A stretch of 64,000 nucleotides of DNA from positions 18,407 to 82,406 of the forward strand of contig JBNKEI010000033.1 of NCBI GenBank assembly GCA_050288705.1. The letters are read 5' to 3'. Both the position numbers and the translations under genes were made by a program. This DNA is from Myxococcales bacterium. Lineage in GTDB: Bacteria; Myxococcota; Myxococcia; Myxococcales; UBA5297. A model generated the notes under the pieces. The model searched no databases and was not told the origin of the DNA. It saw only the letters and a list, made by a program, of their open reading frames with translations. This document shows positions 1 through 10,928 of this stretch, one piece after another. Each line of letters starts with the position of its first letter. Position 1 is the first letter of the stretch.

Positions 1-21
1 GAGAGCAGCAAAGCAAAAAGG

Positions 22-561
22 CTAGGAAGCCCCTTGTTTGCCAACCTTTCGACGGACCCGTTCATCAGCATATTTGACGCCCTTGCCTTTGTATGGCTCG
101 GTACGCCTAATCTGCCGTATTCGAGAAGCGGTCATCCCCACTAGATGCTTGTCCGATCCTCTAAGAGTCACCCGCGTGCCTTTATCCACATCACAGGTCA
201 CTCCCTCAGGCATCGGGAAGTCAACCGCGTGCGAAAAACCAAGGCTAAGATTCAGCACCTTACCTTTTAGTTCAGCCCTGAAGCCAACTCCAGAAATCTC
301 CAATACCTCTTCATATCCTACAGACACACCCCTTACAGCATTAAAAATCAGCGTGCGCGTAAGCCCGTGAAGAGATTTGGAAATCTGCTTGTCGTCATGT
401 CGGGCAACAATTATAGTAGCGTCCTTCATCGAAACCGACATTCGAGGATCTACATCAACCTGGATTTTTCCTTTTGGGCCTTCAACCAGGACTTTCCCAC
501 TGTTCAAAGCCACTTTTACTTTGTCAGGTACTTCTATAGGTAGTTTTCCAATTCGCGACAT
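22..561 (-). CDS. rplF: 50S ribosomal protein L6
   Basis: 179-aa ORF with the N-terminus MSRIGKLPIEVP typical of L6. It follows rpsH in spc-operon order. Confidence 0.97.
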   Translation of the reverse strand: MSRIGKLPIEVPDKVKVALNSGKVLVEGPKGKIQVDVDPRMSVSMKDATIIVARHDDKQISKSLHGLTRTLIFNAVRGVSVGYEEVLEISGVGFRAELKGKVLNLSLGFSHAVDFPMPEGVTCDVDKGTRVTLRGSDKHLVGMTASRIRQIRRTEPYKGKGVKYADERVRRKVGKQGAS

Positions 562-584
562 GATTTCCTCTAATAAATCAAGCT

Positions 585-989
585 CTAGAACACTGTACAG
601 ATCAGCTCACCGCCGATCTTCTGTTTACGAGCTTCGCGATCAACCATGATTCCGCGAGACGTAGAAATGATTGCTATACCCATACCGTTAAGAACACACG
701 GTATGCGGGTCGACCCCACATATCTCCGTAGGCTCGGCTTGGACATTCTGCGTATCTCGTTAATTGCCGGCTCGCGATTCGGTCCATACTTCAACATCAA
801 GGTAATCTCGCTATGGGCACGGCCTTCAGTTCGATGGACCAGCATGTCCTTTAGAAAGCCCTCTTCCTTCAATACATACGCAATCCGCTCCTTAAACCTC
901 GAACTTGGGATGATCACTTTTTCATGCCCGGCTCTTGAAGCGTTTCGAATCCTGGTCAGCATATCCCCAACGGGATCTGTCATTGACAT
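585..989 (-). CDS. rpsH: 30S ribosomal protein S8
   Basis: 134-aa ORF with the [17 protein letters not shown] motif characteristic of S8, in the expected operon position. Confidence 0.97.
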   Translation of the reverse strand: MSMTDPVGDMLTRIRNASRAGHEKVIIPSSRFKERIAYVLKEEGFLKDMLVHRTEGRAHSEITLMLKYGPNREPAINEIRRMSKPSLRRYVGSTRIPCVLNGMGIAIISTSRGIMVDREARKQKIGGELICTVF

Positions 990-1022
990 GATCGTTTCCT
1001 CGTAATTAAGAAAAGCAGGGGA

Positions 1023-1208
1023 TTACCAGGATGATTTAGTGACCCCAGTAACTTCACCCTTTAGCGCCCTTTCACGGAAGCAGATACGGCACATTTCGAA
1101 TTTTCGCAGGTAGGCGCGACCTCGACCACATATTGGGCATCGATTATACTGCCTTACGCTAAACTTCGGCTTGCGCCTAGCTTGAGCCATCTTAGAAAGC
1201 TTTGCCAT
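1023..1208 (-). CDS. rpsN: 30S ribosomal protein S14, type Z (zinc-ribbon form)
   Basis: 61-aa ORF with CPICG...CRIC cysteine pairs and a KSSW C-terminus, located between rplE and rpsH. Confidence 0.95.
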   Translation of the reverse strand: MAKLSKMAQARRKPKFSVRQYNRCPICGRGRAYLRKFEMCRICFRERALKGEVTGVTKSSW

Positions 1209-1301
1209 TGTTTCTCCGACTTCCTTTTCATTTCCAGTTTGCTATGCAAGCACGGGGGCGGGACATACCCCACTCCGCTATGATTTGCAAGCAAAGACAT
1301 T

Positions 1302-2006
1302 CTATGCCCTAAACGGCATCCCCAAATGCTTCAATAGAGCCCGGCCTTGCTCGTCGTTTTTAGCAGTGGTTACGATGCTAACATTCAGACCCTTGATTTT
1401 GTCCACTTGGTCGTAGTTGATTTCCGGAAAAATAATCTGTTCTCGCAAACCAAGGGTATAATTTCCGCGACCGTCAAAAGCCTTGGGAGAAACTCCCTTG
1501 AAATCACGTACACGCGGAAGTGCAATATTTACCAGTCGGTCAATAAATTCCCACGCACGATCGTTTCTTAACGTGACCATTGCCCCGATTTGCTGACCAG
1601 CACGAAGCTTGAAATTACTAATTGCCTTACGCGCTCGCGTAACCACGGGTTTTTGGCCAGTAATAGCTGCCAACTGCTGAACACAACCATCTAGTATTTT
1701 GGCGTTACTAATTGCCTCACCCAGCCCCATATTAACCACGATCTTGGAAATCGTAGGCACCTGCATCCGGTTTTTTAACCCTAATTCCTTCATTAAGGTT
1801 GCGACAGACTCTTTTTCGAAACGCGAACGCAGACGAGCTTTACCACTTTTCCGATCAACCTCTCCCGAAGGGGCTAGTTCCCAGCCTAAATCACTCTTTT
1901 TAGCTTTACCCCCAGCGCCCTTGCCACTCTTCTCATCCGACTTTGCCTTCTTAACCATCTTTTCACTCTTTGCAGCGCTCTGTTTCTTATCTGCCGACAT
2001 TTTCAT
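1302..2006 (-). CDS. rplE: 50S ribosomal protein L5 with a ~55-aa Lys/Ala/Ser-rich N-terminal extension
   Basis: The conserved L5 core starts near [42 protein letters not shown]. No in-frame start codon lies near that core. A GGGAGG Shine-Dalgarno sits upstream of the ATG pair at 2006/2000. Confidence 0.93.
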   Translation of the reverse strand: MKMSADKKQSAAKSEKMVKKAKSDEKSGKGAGGKAKKSDLGWELAPSGEVDRKSGKARLRSRFEKESVATLMKELGLKNRMQVPTISKIVVNMGLGEAISNAKILDGCVQQLAAITGQKPVVTRARKAISNFKLRAGQQIGAMVTLRNDRAWEFIDRLVNIALPRVRDFKGVSPKAFDGRGNYTLGLREQIIFPEINYDQVDKIKGLNVSIVTTAKNDEQGRALLKHLGMPFRA

Positions 2007-2069
2007 CTACCTCCCGCTTCGGTCAGGCCTATGGCATTCTCCCGCCGATCTTTTTTTCCAGTCTCAAGG

Positions 2070-2423
2070 CTAGTCAATAAGCTCTTTACATTTCCTACAG
2101 AGGCGCTGGTTCTTTACGCCTCCTTCTCCAATACCAACTCTACGCGCTCCAATTCGCGTCGGCCGATCGCATCTCGGGCAAACTAATTGCACATTCCCTA
2201 ATGCGATAGTTCCCGCAATCTCAATCCGCCCACCCTCGGGATTCTTCTGAGATCTCCCCTTACGAAGATGCTTAATCACCGATCTCATTCCTTCTACCCG
2301 AATCCTACCCTTTTCCCTGAGGATCTCCAGCACCTTTCCACGGGGTCGTTTTTCGGTACCGCGAAGATTGGCAGCCTCTTTGCCCTTCATTATCTGGACA
2401 GTATCGCCCTTTTTTATTTGCAT
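2070..2423 (-). CDS. rplX: 50S ribosomal protein L24 (C-terminal CxxC...CxxC form)
   Basis: MQIKKGDTVQIMKGK KOW-type N-terminus. CPRCDRPTR...CRKCKE resembles the Thermus-type zinc-ribbon L24. Confidence 0.95.
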   Translation of the reverse strand: MQIKKGDTVQIMKGKEAANLRGTEKRPRGKVLEILREKGRIRVEGMRSVIKHLRKGRSQKNPEGGRIEIAGTIALGNVQLVCPRCDRPTRIGARRVGIGEGGVKNQRLCRKCKELID

Positions 2424-2453
2424 GACGTATTCCTAAACCTCCCTCCTGAACAG

Positions 2454-2822
2454 CTATAAGACTTCAGGAGCAAGGGAAATGATCTTCATGAATTTTTTTG
2501 CACGCAGCTCTCGGGCAACGGGACCAAAAATACGCGTGCCAATTGGCTCGGAATCCTTGGTAATAAGAACCACCGCGTTCTCGTCAAAACAAATGTAGCT
2601 TCCGTCTGGCCGTGCAATTTCCTTGACGGTCCGTACGATTACTGCACGAACTACGTCACCTTTCTTCACTTTGGCGTTCGGAATAGCTTCCTTAACGGCA
2701 ACTATAATAATGTCACCGACGGATGCATATTTTCGTTTTGAACCGCCGAGCACCTTAACACATTCGACGCGTTTCGCTCCCGAATTGTCGGCCACGTCGA
2801 GCTCTGTGGTCATCTGGATCAT
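2454..2822 (-). CDS. rplN: 50S ribosomal protein L14
   Basis: 122-aa [20 protein letters not shown]... Confidence 0.98.
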   Translation of the reverse strand: MIQMTTELDVADNSGAKRVECVKVLGGSKRKYASVGDIIIVAVKEAIPNAKVKKGDVVRAVIVRTVKEIARPDGSYICFDENAVVLITKDSEPIGTRIFGPVARELRAKKFMKIISLAPEVL

Positions 2823-2835
2823 AAAGTACCTCGAA

Positions 2836-3153
2836 TCAGACCTGGGTGCCCTTGCGAATTGTTTCCACTACCAACCAGCGTTTATCCTTGCTGCTTGGAC
2901 GCGTCTCAACAATACGAACGACATCACCTTCAAATAGCGTGGGCTTCTCTGGATAATCGTGAGCTTCGACATGAGCCTTATACTTCACTTGTCGAAGGAC
3001 GTATTTACCGTAAAGAGGATGGCGAACTCGACGTTGCACCTTCACAACAACTGTCTTCTGCATCTTGTTGCTAGTAACTACACCGACCCTATTCTTTGCT
3101 CGGCCATGCTCTACCGCAGCAGCCACTTTATCCCCTACAGCATTTTCAGCCAT
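2836..3153 (-). CDS. rpsQ: 30S ribosomal protein S17
   Basis: S17 core [28 protein letters not shown] preceded by a short N-terminal extension. Overlaps the end of rpmC by 8 nt. Confidence 0.95.
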   Translation of the reverse strand: MAENAVGDKVAAAVEHGRAKNRVGVVTSNKMQKTVVVKVQRRVRHPLYGKYVLRQVKYKAHVEAHDYPEKPTLFEGDVVRIVETRPSSKDKRWLVVETIRKGTQV

Positions 3154-3346
3154 TATTCCGCTCCTTCTCAGCCAATACCGTGAGGATACGTGCTAAGTCA
3201 TGCCTACTCTTTCTAACCTCGGTGAAAGAGTTGAGCCCTCCAGTCTTGCACCGAATCTTCATATCAAATATGCTCGCTCTTAGCTGTTCTACCCTGCTTT
3301 TAAGCTCCTCAATCGAAAGCTCACGAATTTCTTGGGCAGTAGCCAT
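3146..3346 (-). CDS. rpmC: 50S ribosomal protein L29
   Basis: 66-aa [21 protein letters not shown] pattern, in the expected operon position. Confidence 0.95.
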   Translation of the reverse strand: MATAQEIRELSIEELKSRVEQLRASIFDMKIRCKTGGLNSFTEVRKSRHDLARILTVLAEKERNNG

Positions 3347-3765
3347 CAGATCGCCTCCTCTTGCCGCTGAATAATATGCGTGGCAATAGGAAGCTTGAAT
3401 TGAGCTAACCGAAAAGCAGCTTTAGCCATATCAAGACCAACGCCTTGCATTTCAAACAATATCCGCCCCGGCTTCACGACTGCCACGTAATACTCTACTG
3501 AACCCTTTCCCGTACCTTGCCGAGTCTCCGCTGGCTTTTTTGTGATCGGTTTATCAGGAAAGATTCGAATCCATAGTTTTCCGCCTCGTTTAACATGACG
3601 TGTCAATGCAATACGGCTAGCCTCAATCTGCCGACTCGTCAATCGCCCGGGCTCAAGGGCAACTAAGGCAATGTCTCCAAAATTGAGCCGGTTTCCCCGA
3701 GTAGCCTGGCCTCTCATCCGCCCCTTTTGCATCTTGCGGTATTTCGTGCGTGCGGGTTGCAGCAT
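3346..3765 (-). CDS. rplP: 50S ribosomal protein L16
   Basis: [19 protein letters not shown]. The ORF track starts 2 codons earlier (3771), but the AAGGGAG SD is better spaced for the ATG at 3765. Confidence 0.95.
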   Translation of the reverse strand: MLQPARTKYRKMQKGRMRGQATRGNRLNFGDIALVALEPGRLTSRQIEASRIALTRHVKRGGKLWIRIFPDKPITKKPAETRQGTGKGSVEYYVAVVKPGRILFEMQGVGLDMAKAAFRLAQFKLPIATHIIQRQEEAI

Positions 3766-3792
3766 TTCCATCGCTCCCTTATCTGTACGTTT

Positions 3793-4470
3793 TTAGACTT
3801 GCCCGCGCGGAGTGTTGGCTGCCATCAAGGCCGCGCCTTTGCCCTTCGGCAACACTTCACCACGGAAGATCCACACCTTCACTCCAGTCGTTCCGTAAGT
3901 TGTCTTGCCTATAGCGTACCCATAATCAATATCGGCGCGAAGCGTATGAAGCGGAACTCTACCTTCCCTATACCACTCAAACCGGGCCATTTCCGCCCCG
4001 CCAAGCCTTCCCGAGCAACTAACCTTAATACCCTTTGCACCAAACTTCAGAGCAGTCTGAACTGCCTTCTTCATCGCTCTTCGAAACGCAATCCGGCGCT
4101 CCAATTGAGTTGCGATGTTCTCGGCAACCAATTGAGCATCAGTCTCTGCTTTTCGAACTTCGACGATATTAAGAAAGACTTCATTCATAGTGAGACGCTG
4201 AAGATCCTTCTTAACCGTCTCAATACCCGCGCCTCGCTTGCCGATTACAATGCCAGGACGGGCGGTAAATACATTAACCTTAATCTTATTTGCCGCCCTC
4301 TCAATTTCCACTTTCGAGATTCCTGCATGACCAAGGCTTTTTTTCACGAATTTCCTAAGCTTAATATCTTCGTGAAGCCATTTAGCGTAATTTTTTTCTT
4401 CATACCATTTGGATTCCCAGCTCTTAATTATTCCTAGCCGAAACCCTACAGGGTGGACTTTCTGGCCCAA
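3793..4470 (-). CDS. rpsC: 30S ribosomal protein S3
   Basis: The canonical (M)[13 protein letters not shown]-terminus is obtained from the TTG at 4470, which sits 6 nt after an AAGGAG SD. The track ORF extends to 4488. Confidence 0.95.
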   Translation of the reverse strand: MGQKVHPVGFRLGIIKSWESKWYEEKNYAKWLHEDIKLRKFVKKSLGHAGISKVEIERAANKIKVNVFTARPGIVIGKRGAGIETVKKDLQRLTMNEVFLNIVEVRKAETDAQLVAENIATQLERRIAFRRAMKKAVQTALKFGAKGIKVSCSGRLGGAEMARFEWYREGRVPLHTLRADIDYGYAIGKTTYGTTGVKVWIFRGEVLPKGKGAALMAANTPRGQV

Positions 4471-4510
4471 GACATTCTCCTTCAGCAAGTGGGACGTCGC
4501 CCAAGATTAC

Positions 4511-4852
4511 CTATTTGCGATCGGCAAGTATCACCGTAACGTGGCTCGTTTTCTTATTCACACGAGTTCCACGTCCCATCGCCCGCGTCATAAACCGACG
4601 CATGGTCGGACCTTGGTCCACATGGATCGTATGAACAAAAAGGCGGTCGACGTCAACCCGGCCTTTGCTCACATCCTCTGCATTTGCGACTGCAGACCGG
4701 AGTAGCTTCTCCAATGGCCTGCAAGCCGCTTTTGGCGTGAACCGAAGAATAGCAAGCGCATTTCCTATTCCTTTTCCTCGAATAAGATCGGCAACCAATC
4801 GGGTCTTCCGGGGAGCAATGCGCAAATGGCGAAGTCGAGCTTGGCTCTGCAT
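4511..4852 (-). CDS. rplV: 50S ribosomal protein L22
   Basis: 113-aa ORF, ARLRHLRIAPRKTRLVADLIRGK. Confidence 0.96.
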   Translation of the reverse strand: MQSQARLRHLRIAPRKTRLVADLIRGKGIGNALAILRFTPKAACRPLEKLLRSAVANAEDVSKGRVDVDRLFVHTIHVDQGPTMRRFMTRAMGRGTRVNKKTSHVTVILADRK

Positions 4853-4866
4853 AATTTCCTTTCCTC

Positions 4867-5154
4867 TTACTTCCCGGCAACTTTGGCTTTCTTTTCGCCA
4901 GAGTGACCGTGAAACGTACGTGTTGGCGCGAATTCACCAAGCTTGTGCCCTACCATATTCTCGGTCACAAACACTGCAACGAATTTTCGACCGTTATGCA
5001 CCATAAACGTACAACTTACAAATTCAGGCAGAATGGTCGACCGGCGACTCCATGTCTTTATTGTTCGATTTTTGGCATTAGAACCTACTAATTCCTCGAC
5101 TTTTCCAACAAGGCTCTCGTCGGCAAACGGTCCCTTTTTAAGCGAGCGCGCCAT
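4867..5154 (-). CDS. rpsS: 30S ribosomal protein S19
   Basis: [15 protein letters not shown]...[29 protein letters not shown]. Confidence 0.97.
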   Translation of the reverse strand: MARSLKKGPFADESLVGKVEELVGSNAKNRTIKTWSRRSTILPEFVSCTFMVHNGRKFVAVFVTENMVGHKLGEFAPTRTFHGHSGEKKAKVAGK

Positions 5155-5181
5155 TTTCTCTTACCTTACCTTTCCAACTCG

Positions 5182-6030
5182 CTACCTCGCTCGACCGCGT
5201 GCACCACGCCGTCGTTGCGAGACGATGAACTTATCAGTGCGCTTATTAGTGCGCGTCTTTAACCCCTTGGTTTTCTTCCCCCAAGGCGATACTGGATGAG
5301 GATTTCCCTGACCGGATTTCCCTTCACCACCACCATGAGGATGATCGACCGGATTCATAGCTAAACCGCGAACTGTCGGGCGCTTTCCCAACCACCGTGT
5401 GCGACCTGCTTTACCTAAGCGCACGATTTCATTCTCAACATTTCCTACTTGCCCAATGGTAGCTCGACATCCGACCAGAACTTTTCGTACTTCGCCAGAA
5501 GGCACCCGGATCTGAGCATAACGCCCCTCCTTAGCCATAAGCTGTCCCCAGCTTCCAGCAGAGCGAATCATTTGCGCGCCGCATCCTGGCTTTAGTTCCA
5601 CATTGTGGACTACTGTTCCTACCGGTATGCTCTTCAAGGGCAGACAGTTACCAGGACGTATATCAGCATCTTCACCGGATACAAGGGAATCGCCTACTTT
5701 GATACCCAACGGGGCTATAATATATCGCTTTTCCCCATCCACGTAGTGCAGCAGAGCCAACCTAGCAGTCCGGTTGGGATCGTACTCAATATGCGCTACT
5801 CTTGAAGGAACACCATCTTTTTCACGCTTCCAATCAATAATTCGAAAGCGCCGCTTGTGCCCGCCACCAATATGCCGGGTAGAAATGTGGCCATGACTAT
5901 TCCGACCACCAGTTTTTCGAATCGATTCGGTAAGCGACCGCTCTGGACGCATACGAGTTACTTCTGAAAAATCTGCCGCCGAGCAAACTCTTCGACCAGC
6001 ACTAGTTGGCTTGTATTGCTTAATAGGCAT
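5182..6030 (-). CDS. rplB: 50S ribosomal protein L2
   Basis: 282-aa [17 protein letters not shown]...[13 protein letters not shown]. Confidence 0.98.
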   Translation of the reverse strand: MPIKQYKPTSAGRRVCSAADFSEVTRMRPERSLTESIRKTGGRNSHGHISTRHIGGGHKRRFRIIDWKREKDGVPSRVAHIEYDPNRTARLALLHYVDGEKRYIIAPLGIKVGDSLVSGEDADIRPGNCLPLKSIPVGTVVHNVELKPGCGAQMIRSAGSWGQLMAKEGRYAQIRVPSGEVRKVLVGCRATIGQVGNVENEIVRLGKAGRTRWLGKRPTVRGLAMNPVDHPHGGGEGKSGQGNPHPVSPWGKKTKGLKTRTNKRTDKFIVSQRRRGARGRAR

Positions 6031-6042
6031 TAGTCTTCTTCC

Positions 6043-6327
6043 TTACTCAGAATCGAACTCGATGGACTGGCCTTCCTTGAGAATGACTACCGCTCGCTTC
6101 CAGTTGGGACGCCGCCCAATCGAGCGACCCACTCGTTTCTTTTTTCCACGAAGTATGGCGGTACGGACTTCAATCACATTCACTTTGAAAAATTGTTCCA
6201 TCGCTTGACGAATTTCTGTCTTATTGGCCCGACGATCCACTACAAAGCCATAACCATTATATTCTTCCCGAATTCTTTCGAATTTTTCGGTAACGACCGG
6301 CCCTTTAACAACATTCGCGAGGTTCAT
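6043..6327 (-). CDS. rplW: 50S ribosomal protein L23
   Basis: 94-aa ORF, VKGPVVTEK...NKTEIRQAMEQFFKVNV, in the expected operon position. Confidence 0.95.
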   Translation of the reverse strand: MNLANVVKGPVVTEKFERIREEYNGYGFVVDRRANKTEIRQAMEQFFKVNVIEVRTAILRGKKKRVGRSIGRRPNWKRAVVILKEGQSIEFDSE

Positions 6328-6971
6328 CGCACCAACGCTCCTTCCAGTTGCTTTGCCGCAGACACAGTCATCACTAGCGTGTCATGCACGAGCAGGCTTT
6401 CCAGATTCAATCCCTCTGGAGCTAGAACATCAAACCGAGCTAGGTTACGAACGCCACGATGTAGATTGATATTCTCTTTGCTGTCAATCACCAACGCATT
6501 TTCTAGCTTGAGCCCATTACATAGTATCCAAGAGAACGCTTTGGTAAGGCGCCCCTTCTCACCATTGCCCTGCCCTACAACCTCGATTTTGTCAAGAATC
6601 AAAACCTTGCTATCTCGAGCTAGCTGCGACAAAGCAACCTTAAGCGCACCACGCCTCACCCGCCACGGCGGACGATAACTATAGTCACGCGGCTTGGGTC
6701 CCATGGCCTTTCCTCCACCGACCCAGTGTGAAGCACGAATGGAACCCTGTCGAGCTCTGCCAGTCTTTTTTTGTTTCCACGGTTTCTTTCCGCCACCAGA
6801 TACCAACGACGTATTTTTTACCGCTACAGTACCCGCGCGCCGGTTAATCGCTTGAAACTTTGCGACTTCATAAATTAGGTTCTCATTAGAATCGACCGCA
6901 AATACTGCGTCCGCCAACTCCACTTCCGAAACCTTTTGTCCTTCTGTGTCCAATACATCAAACCTTGCCAT
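6324..6971 (-). CDS. rplD: 50S ribosomal protein L4
   Basis: 215-aa ORF with KPWKQKKTGRARQGSIRASHWVGGG. AAGAGG SD upstream. Overlaps the rplW start by 4 nt. Confidence 0.96.
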   Translation of the reverse strand: MARFDVLDTEGQKVSEVELADAVFAVDSNENLIYEVAKFQAINRRAGTVAVKNTSLVSGGGKKPWKQKKTGRARQGSIRASHWVGGGKAMGPKPRDYSYRPPWRVRRGALKVALSQLARDSKVLILDKIEVVGQGNGEKGRLTKAFSWILCNGLKLENALVIDSKENINLHRGVRNLARFDVLAPEGLNLESLLVHDTLVMTVSAAKQLEGALVR

Positions 6972-6999
6972 GGCCGCCTCTTAAAAATGGTCCAATCCT

Positions 7000-7311
7000 T
7001 TAGGACCCTATCTCCACGTCCACACCTGCCGGCAAATCAAGCTTCATCAACGCGTCTAGCGTCTGCTGAGTAGGCTCGAGTATGTCGAGGAGACGTCTGT
7101 GTGTGCGGATCTCGAACTGTTCACGGCTCTTCTTGTCGCCGTGGGGGCTGCGCAGCACGGTAACCTTGTATATACGCGTAGGAAGCGGAATAGGTCCCGC
7201 TATTTCTGCGCCCGTGCGCCTGGCAGTTTCCACGATTTCCCCAACTGACTGGTCGAGCAGTTTGTGGTCATATGCCTTCAGCCGAATCCGGATCTTCTGG
7301 GTTGCCATCAA
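7000..7311 (-). CDS. rpsJ: 30S ribosomal protein S10
   Basis: [18 protein letters not shown]...; the stop lies only 28 nt upstream of the rplD start. Confidence 0.97.
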   Translation of the reverse strand: MMATQKIRIRLKAYDHKLLDQSVGEIVETARRTGAEIAGPIPLPTRIYKVTVLRSPHGDKKSREQFEIRTHRRLLDILEPTQQTLDALMKLDLPAGVDVEIGS

Positions 7312-7439
7312 TTGCCTCGAACTAAGTGCTTGCCCGGACCTGCCGAACAGTACACTCGCTGCTTCCCTGCCGACTTATTTGTCGACTAAATACACGCGGC
7401 ACCAATTATTGGCACCGCGATGCTGACTCTCGCCTTAGC

Positions 7440-8633
7440 TTACTCAATGATTTCCGAAACCACCCCAGCACCTACCGTACGCCCACCCTCTCTGATGGCG
7501 AATCGAAGCTCCTTTTCCATGGCAATCGGCTTCGAAAGGCTAACCTCGATCGTAATGTGATCGCCAGGCATTACCATTTCTACCCCTTCAGGCAACTGGA
7601 CCGCCCCGGTAACATCAGTCGTTCGGAAATAGAATTGAGGCCGATACCCCTTAAAAAACGGCGTATGCCTTCCCCCTTCATCCTTGCCCAGCACATAGAT
7701 TGCAGCCTTAAATTTGGTATGCGGGGTCACAGATCCGGGAGCAGCAAGAATTTGGCCTCGTTCGATGTCGTCGCGCTTCAAACCGCGAAGTAAACATCCG
7801 ACATTATCGCCAGCCATACCTTCGTCGAGCAATTTGCGGAACATCTCCACGCCAGTCACTACGGTCTTAGAGGTTCCGCGCAAACCAATGATCTCAATCG
7901 CATCGCCTACCCTGATCTTACCACGCTCAATTCTTCCGGTGGCGACAGTTCCCCGACCTTCAATAGAAAACACATCTTCTACGGGCATCAAAAATGGCTT
8001 GTCTAACACCCGTTGTGGCTCGGGAATATTCGCATCCAGCGCTTCCACCAATGCGTTAATGGATTCCGTTCCTTCTATTCCCTTACTTTGCATAGCCTTT
8101 AAAGCAGTCCCACGAATAACTGGAATAGAATCACCAGGGAACTGGTACTTAGTCAACAGCTCCCGAACCTCCAGCTCAACCAAATCCAGAAGCTCCGTAT
8201 CGTCTACCAAGTCACATTTGTTAAGAAACACTACGATAGCTGGAACATTGACCTGACGCGCTAACAACACATGCTCTTTGGTTTGAGGCATTGGGCCATC
8301 CGCCGCCGACACCACAAGAACAGCTCCGTCCATTTGAGCTGCACCAGTAATCATATTTTTAATGAAATCGGCGTGTCCCGGGCAATCGACGTGCGCATAG
8401 TGGCGCTTGTCCGATTCATATTCAACGTGCGCCACTGCAATGGTCACGATTTTAGAATCATCGCGCACTGTACCACCCTTGGCGATATCGGCATACTCCT
8501 TCGCCTTAGCGAGTCCCTTCGCCGCCTGGGTGAAGGTGATAGCCGCAGTCAGAGTAGTTTTACCGTGATCTACGTGACCGATAGTACCTACGTTCACGTG
8601 AGGCTTTTTCCGTTCAAATTTTTCCTTGGCCAT
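7440..8633 (-). CDS. tuf: Elongation factor Tu (divergent switch-I loop)
   Basis: 397 aa with [13 protein letters not shown] and NKCD motifs and a highly conserved C-terminal half. Sits in the str-operon position after fusA. Confidence 0.96.
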   Translation of the reverse strand: MAKEKFERKKPHVNVGTIGHVDHGKTTLTAAITFTQAAKGLAKAKEYADIAKGGTVRDDSKIVTIAVAHVEYESDKRHYAHVDCPGHADFIKNMITGAAQMDGAVLVVSAADGPMPQTKEHVLLARQVNVPAIVVFLNKCDLVDDTELLDLVELEVRELLTKYQFPGDSIPVIRGTALKAMQSKGIEGTESINALVEALDANIPEPQRVLDKPFLMPVEDVFSIEGRGTVATGRIERGKIRVGDAIEIIGLRGTSKTVVTGVEMFRKLLDEGMAGDNVGCLLRGLKRDDIERGQILAAPGSVTPHTKFKAAIYVLGKDEGGRHTPFFKGYRPQFYFRTTDVTGAVQLPEGVEMVMPGDHITIEVSLSKPIAMEKELRFAIREGGRTVGAGVVSEIIE

Positions 8634-8686
8634 TTACTCGCTCCTCTTCTTCCCTTCGGTTTAATTTCTGGTTTTGCACGCTAATT

Positions 8687-10765
8687 CTACCGGCCTCGCA
8701 TTCGAGCCACGATGTCACTAGATATTCCACTTGGCACTGTCTGGTAATGCGAAAATTGCATAGTATAGGTTGCACGTCCTTGCGTGGCAGATCGAACATC
8801 GGTAGCATAACCAAACATACCTGCCAATGGCACCTGAGCCGTAACAACCTGCACACCGAAACGTGGTTCCATACCAAGAATTCGCCCTCTTCGGCTATTT
8901 AAATCGCCAATTACGTCGCCGGTGTACTGCTCTGGAGTAGTCACTTCACAACTCATGATTGGCTCCAGTAAAATTGGGCCCGCCTTTTCCGATCCATCCT
9001 TGAGCGCCATAGAAGCTGCAATTTTGAAAGCCATTTCACTAGAGTCAACTTCGTGAAAGCTCCCATCAAGCAAGGTGACCTTAACATCCACCATCGGATA
9101 CCCTGCCAGTATTCCGCCTTCCATCGCCTCGATAACGCCCTTTTCTACTGCAGGTATGTACTCCTTGGGAATCGCCCCGCCAATCACTGCATCTATAAAT
9201 TCGAAGCCTTTACCGGTTTCGTTTGGCTGCAACAATAGCCAACAGTGCCCATATTGCCCACGCCCACCAGACTGGCGAACATATTTACCCTCGACGCGAA
9301 CCTCTTTAGTTATCGTTTCACGATAAGCAACCTGTCGCTTGCCTATATTGGCCTCAACCTTAAACTCCCTACAAAGCCGATCGACAATTATCTCTAGATG
9401 GAGCTCACCCATCCCACTAATGAGAGTTTGTCCAGTTTCCTCATCCGTACGAACTCGAAACGAAGGATCCTCGAATGACAACTTAGCAAGCGCAGAACTC
9501 AGTTTGTCTTGATCAGCCTTGGTTTTTGGCTCAATAGCTATAGAAATAACCGGTTCTGGGAATTCCATTTTTTCTAAAACAATGGGTCTCGCTTCATCAC
9601 ACAGCGTTTCGCCAGTTACAGTATTCTTTAATCCAACTGCCGCTGCAATGTCACCAACATAAACTACATCAATATCTTCTCGCTTATTAGCATGCATTTG
9701 CAGCAATCGACCAATACGCTCTCGCCGCTTCTTCACCGAATTATATACGTAGCTACCCGACTCTATCTTTCCCGAATAGACTCTAAAATAGGTCAAGGCC
9801 CCAGCAAAGGGATCGGTTTGTATTTTAAAAGCTAGAGCCGAAAAGGGAACTCTTTCATCAACCGATCTACTATCCTCCTGACCATTCAAGGCATTCCCTT
9901 GCACTGGCGGCACGTCTTTTGGCGAGGGAAGAAAATCAATTATAGCATCAAGCAGGGGCTGTACACCCTTATTCTTGAACGCCGACCCGCAAAGAATGGG
10001 AACAACCTTCATGGAGATACAACCCTTCCTCAGGCCAGCAACCACCCGCTCCAACGATGGCTCCTTACTCTCCAAAAATGCATCCATCACTTCATCGTCA
10101 AACTCAGCAGCAGCCTCAATCATCCTGGATCGCCATTCACGAGCCTGACATTGAAGAGAATCGGGAATATCCTGAATATCGACTTTTGCACCCATCGCGT
10201 CTTCTTCAAAACGCAGAGCTTTCATTCGAAGCAAGTCAATTACTCCCTGAAAGCCATCCTCCTGTCCCCAAGGAAGACACACTGGAACAGGATGCGCACC
10301 AAGCCGCCGCCTAATCGTTTCCACGACCCGAAGAAAATCGGCACCAACTCGGTCCATCTTATTCACAAATGCAATACGAGGAACCCTATACTTATCCGCC
10401 TGCCGCCAAACCGTCTCCGACTGCGGCTGAACACCACCAACCCCGCAAAAAACCGCGACAGCACCATCAAGAACCCTTAGCGACCGCTCTACTTCGATAG
10501 TAAAATCAACATGTCCGGGCGTATCAATTATATTGATTCGACAATCACGCCAGAAGCAGGTTGTAGCAGCAGAGGTGATGGTTATACCCCTCTCCTTTTC
10601 CTGCACCATCCAATCCATGACGGCCGTACCGTCATCAATATCGCCGATCTTATGAGTTACACCAGTATAAAACAGTATCCGCTCGGTAGTAGTCGTCTTA
10701 CCAGCATCAATGTGCGCCATGATGCCGATATTCCGATATTTTTCTGTCGGATACTGCTTCGACAT
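8687..10765 (-). CDS. fusA: Elongation factor G
   Basis: Canonical N-terminus [25 protein letters not shown] from the ATG at 10765, with a GAAGGTGAG SD. The track ORF (to 10906) adds 47 implausible residues. Confidence 0.96.
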   Translation of the reverse strand: MSKQYPTEKYRNIGIMAHIDAGKTTTTERILFYTGVTHKIGDIDDGTAVMDWMVQEKERGITITSAATTCFWRDCRINIIDTPGHVDFTIEVERSLRVLDGAVAVFCGVGGVQPQSETVWRQADKYRVPRIAFVNKMDRVGADFLRVVETIRRRLGAHPVPVCLPWGQEDGFQGVIDLLRMKALRFEEDAMGAKVDIQDIPDSLQCQAREWRSRMIEAAAEFDDEVMDAFLESKEPSLERVVAGLRKGCISMKVVPILCGSAFKNKGVQPLLDAIIDFLPSPKDVPPVQGNALNGQEDSRSVDERVPFSALAFKIQTDPFAGALTYFRVYSGKIESGSYVYNSVKKRRERIGRLLQMHANKREDIDVVYVGDIAAAVGLKNTVTGETLCDEARPIVLEKMEFPEPVISIAIEPKTKADQDKLSSALAKLSFEDPSFRVRTDEETGQTLISGMGELHLEIIVDRLCREFKVEANIGKRQVAYRETITKEVRVEGKYVRQSGGRGQYGHCWLLLQPNETGKGFEFIDAVIGGAIPKEYIPAVEKGVIEAMEGGILAGYPMVDVKVTLLDGSFHEVDSSEMAFKIAASMALKDGSEKAGPILLEPIMSCEVTTPEQYTGDVIGDLNSRRGRILGMEPRFGVQVVTAQVPLAGMFGYATDVRSATQGRATYTMQFSHYQTVPSGISSDIVARMRGR

Positions 10766-10928
10766 AGACTCACCTTCGCTGCGGCTTTCCCGCCACATTG
10801 GCAACAAAAAAATCCGTCGCCACGCCAATTCATTTACGCTCGTGTCAAAGAACACGAACAACCAGAGCCACACAGGCTCTCTAAGCAAGGGCGAGCTACA
10901 TAACAAAACACGCCCGAATTGTCAACCG

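Noticed and set aside
3727-4437. 236-aa plus-strand ORF. Many similar long ORFs lie antisense to ribosomal-protein, rpoB/rpoC, fusA and tuf genes (e.g. 7714-8256, 9899-10480, 20347-21117, 22690-23436).
   Set aside because: They lie fully inside unambiguous, highly conserved minus-strand genes. They have low-complexity or odd composition and no motifs, so they are shadow ORFs.
10766-10906. 47-codon N-terminal extension of the fusA ORF. Similar over-extensions occur at rplK (to 23079), rpoB (to 20435), vapC (to 55259), rpsC (to 4488) and the AI-2E transporter (from 46791).
   Set aside because: The canonical N-termini start at internal start codons with better SD spacing. The extensions are hydrophobic or unconserved read-through of upstream spacers.
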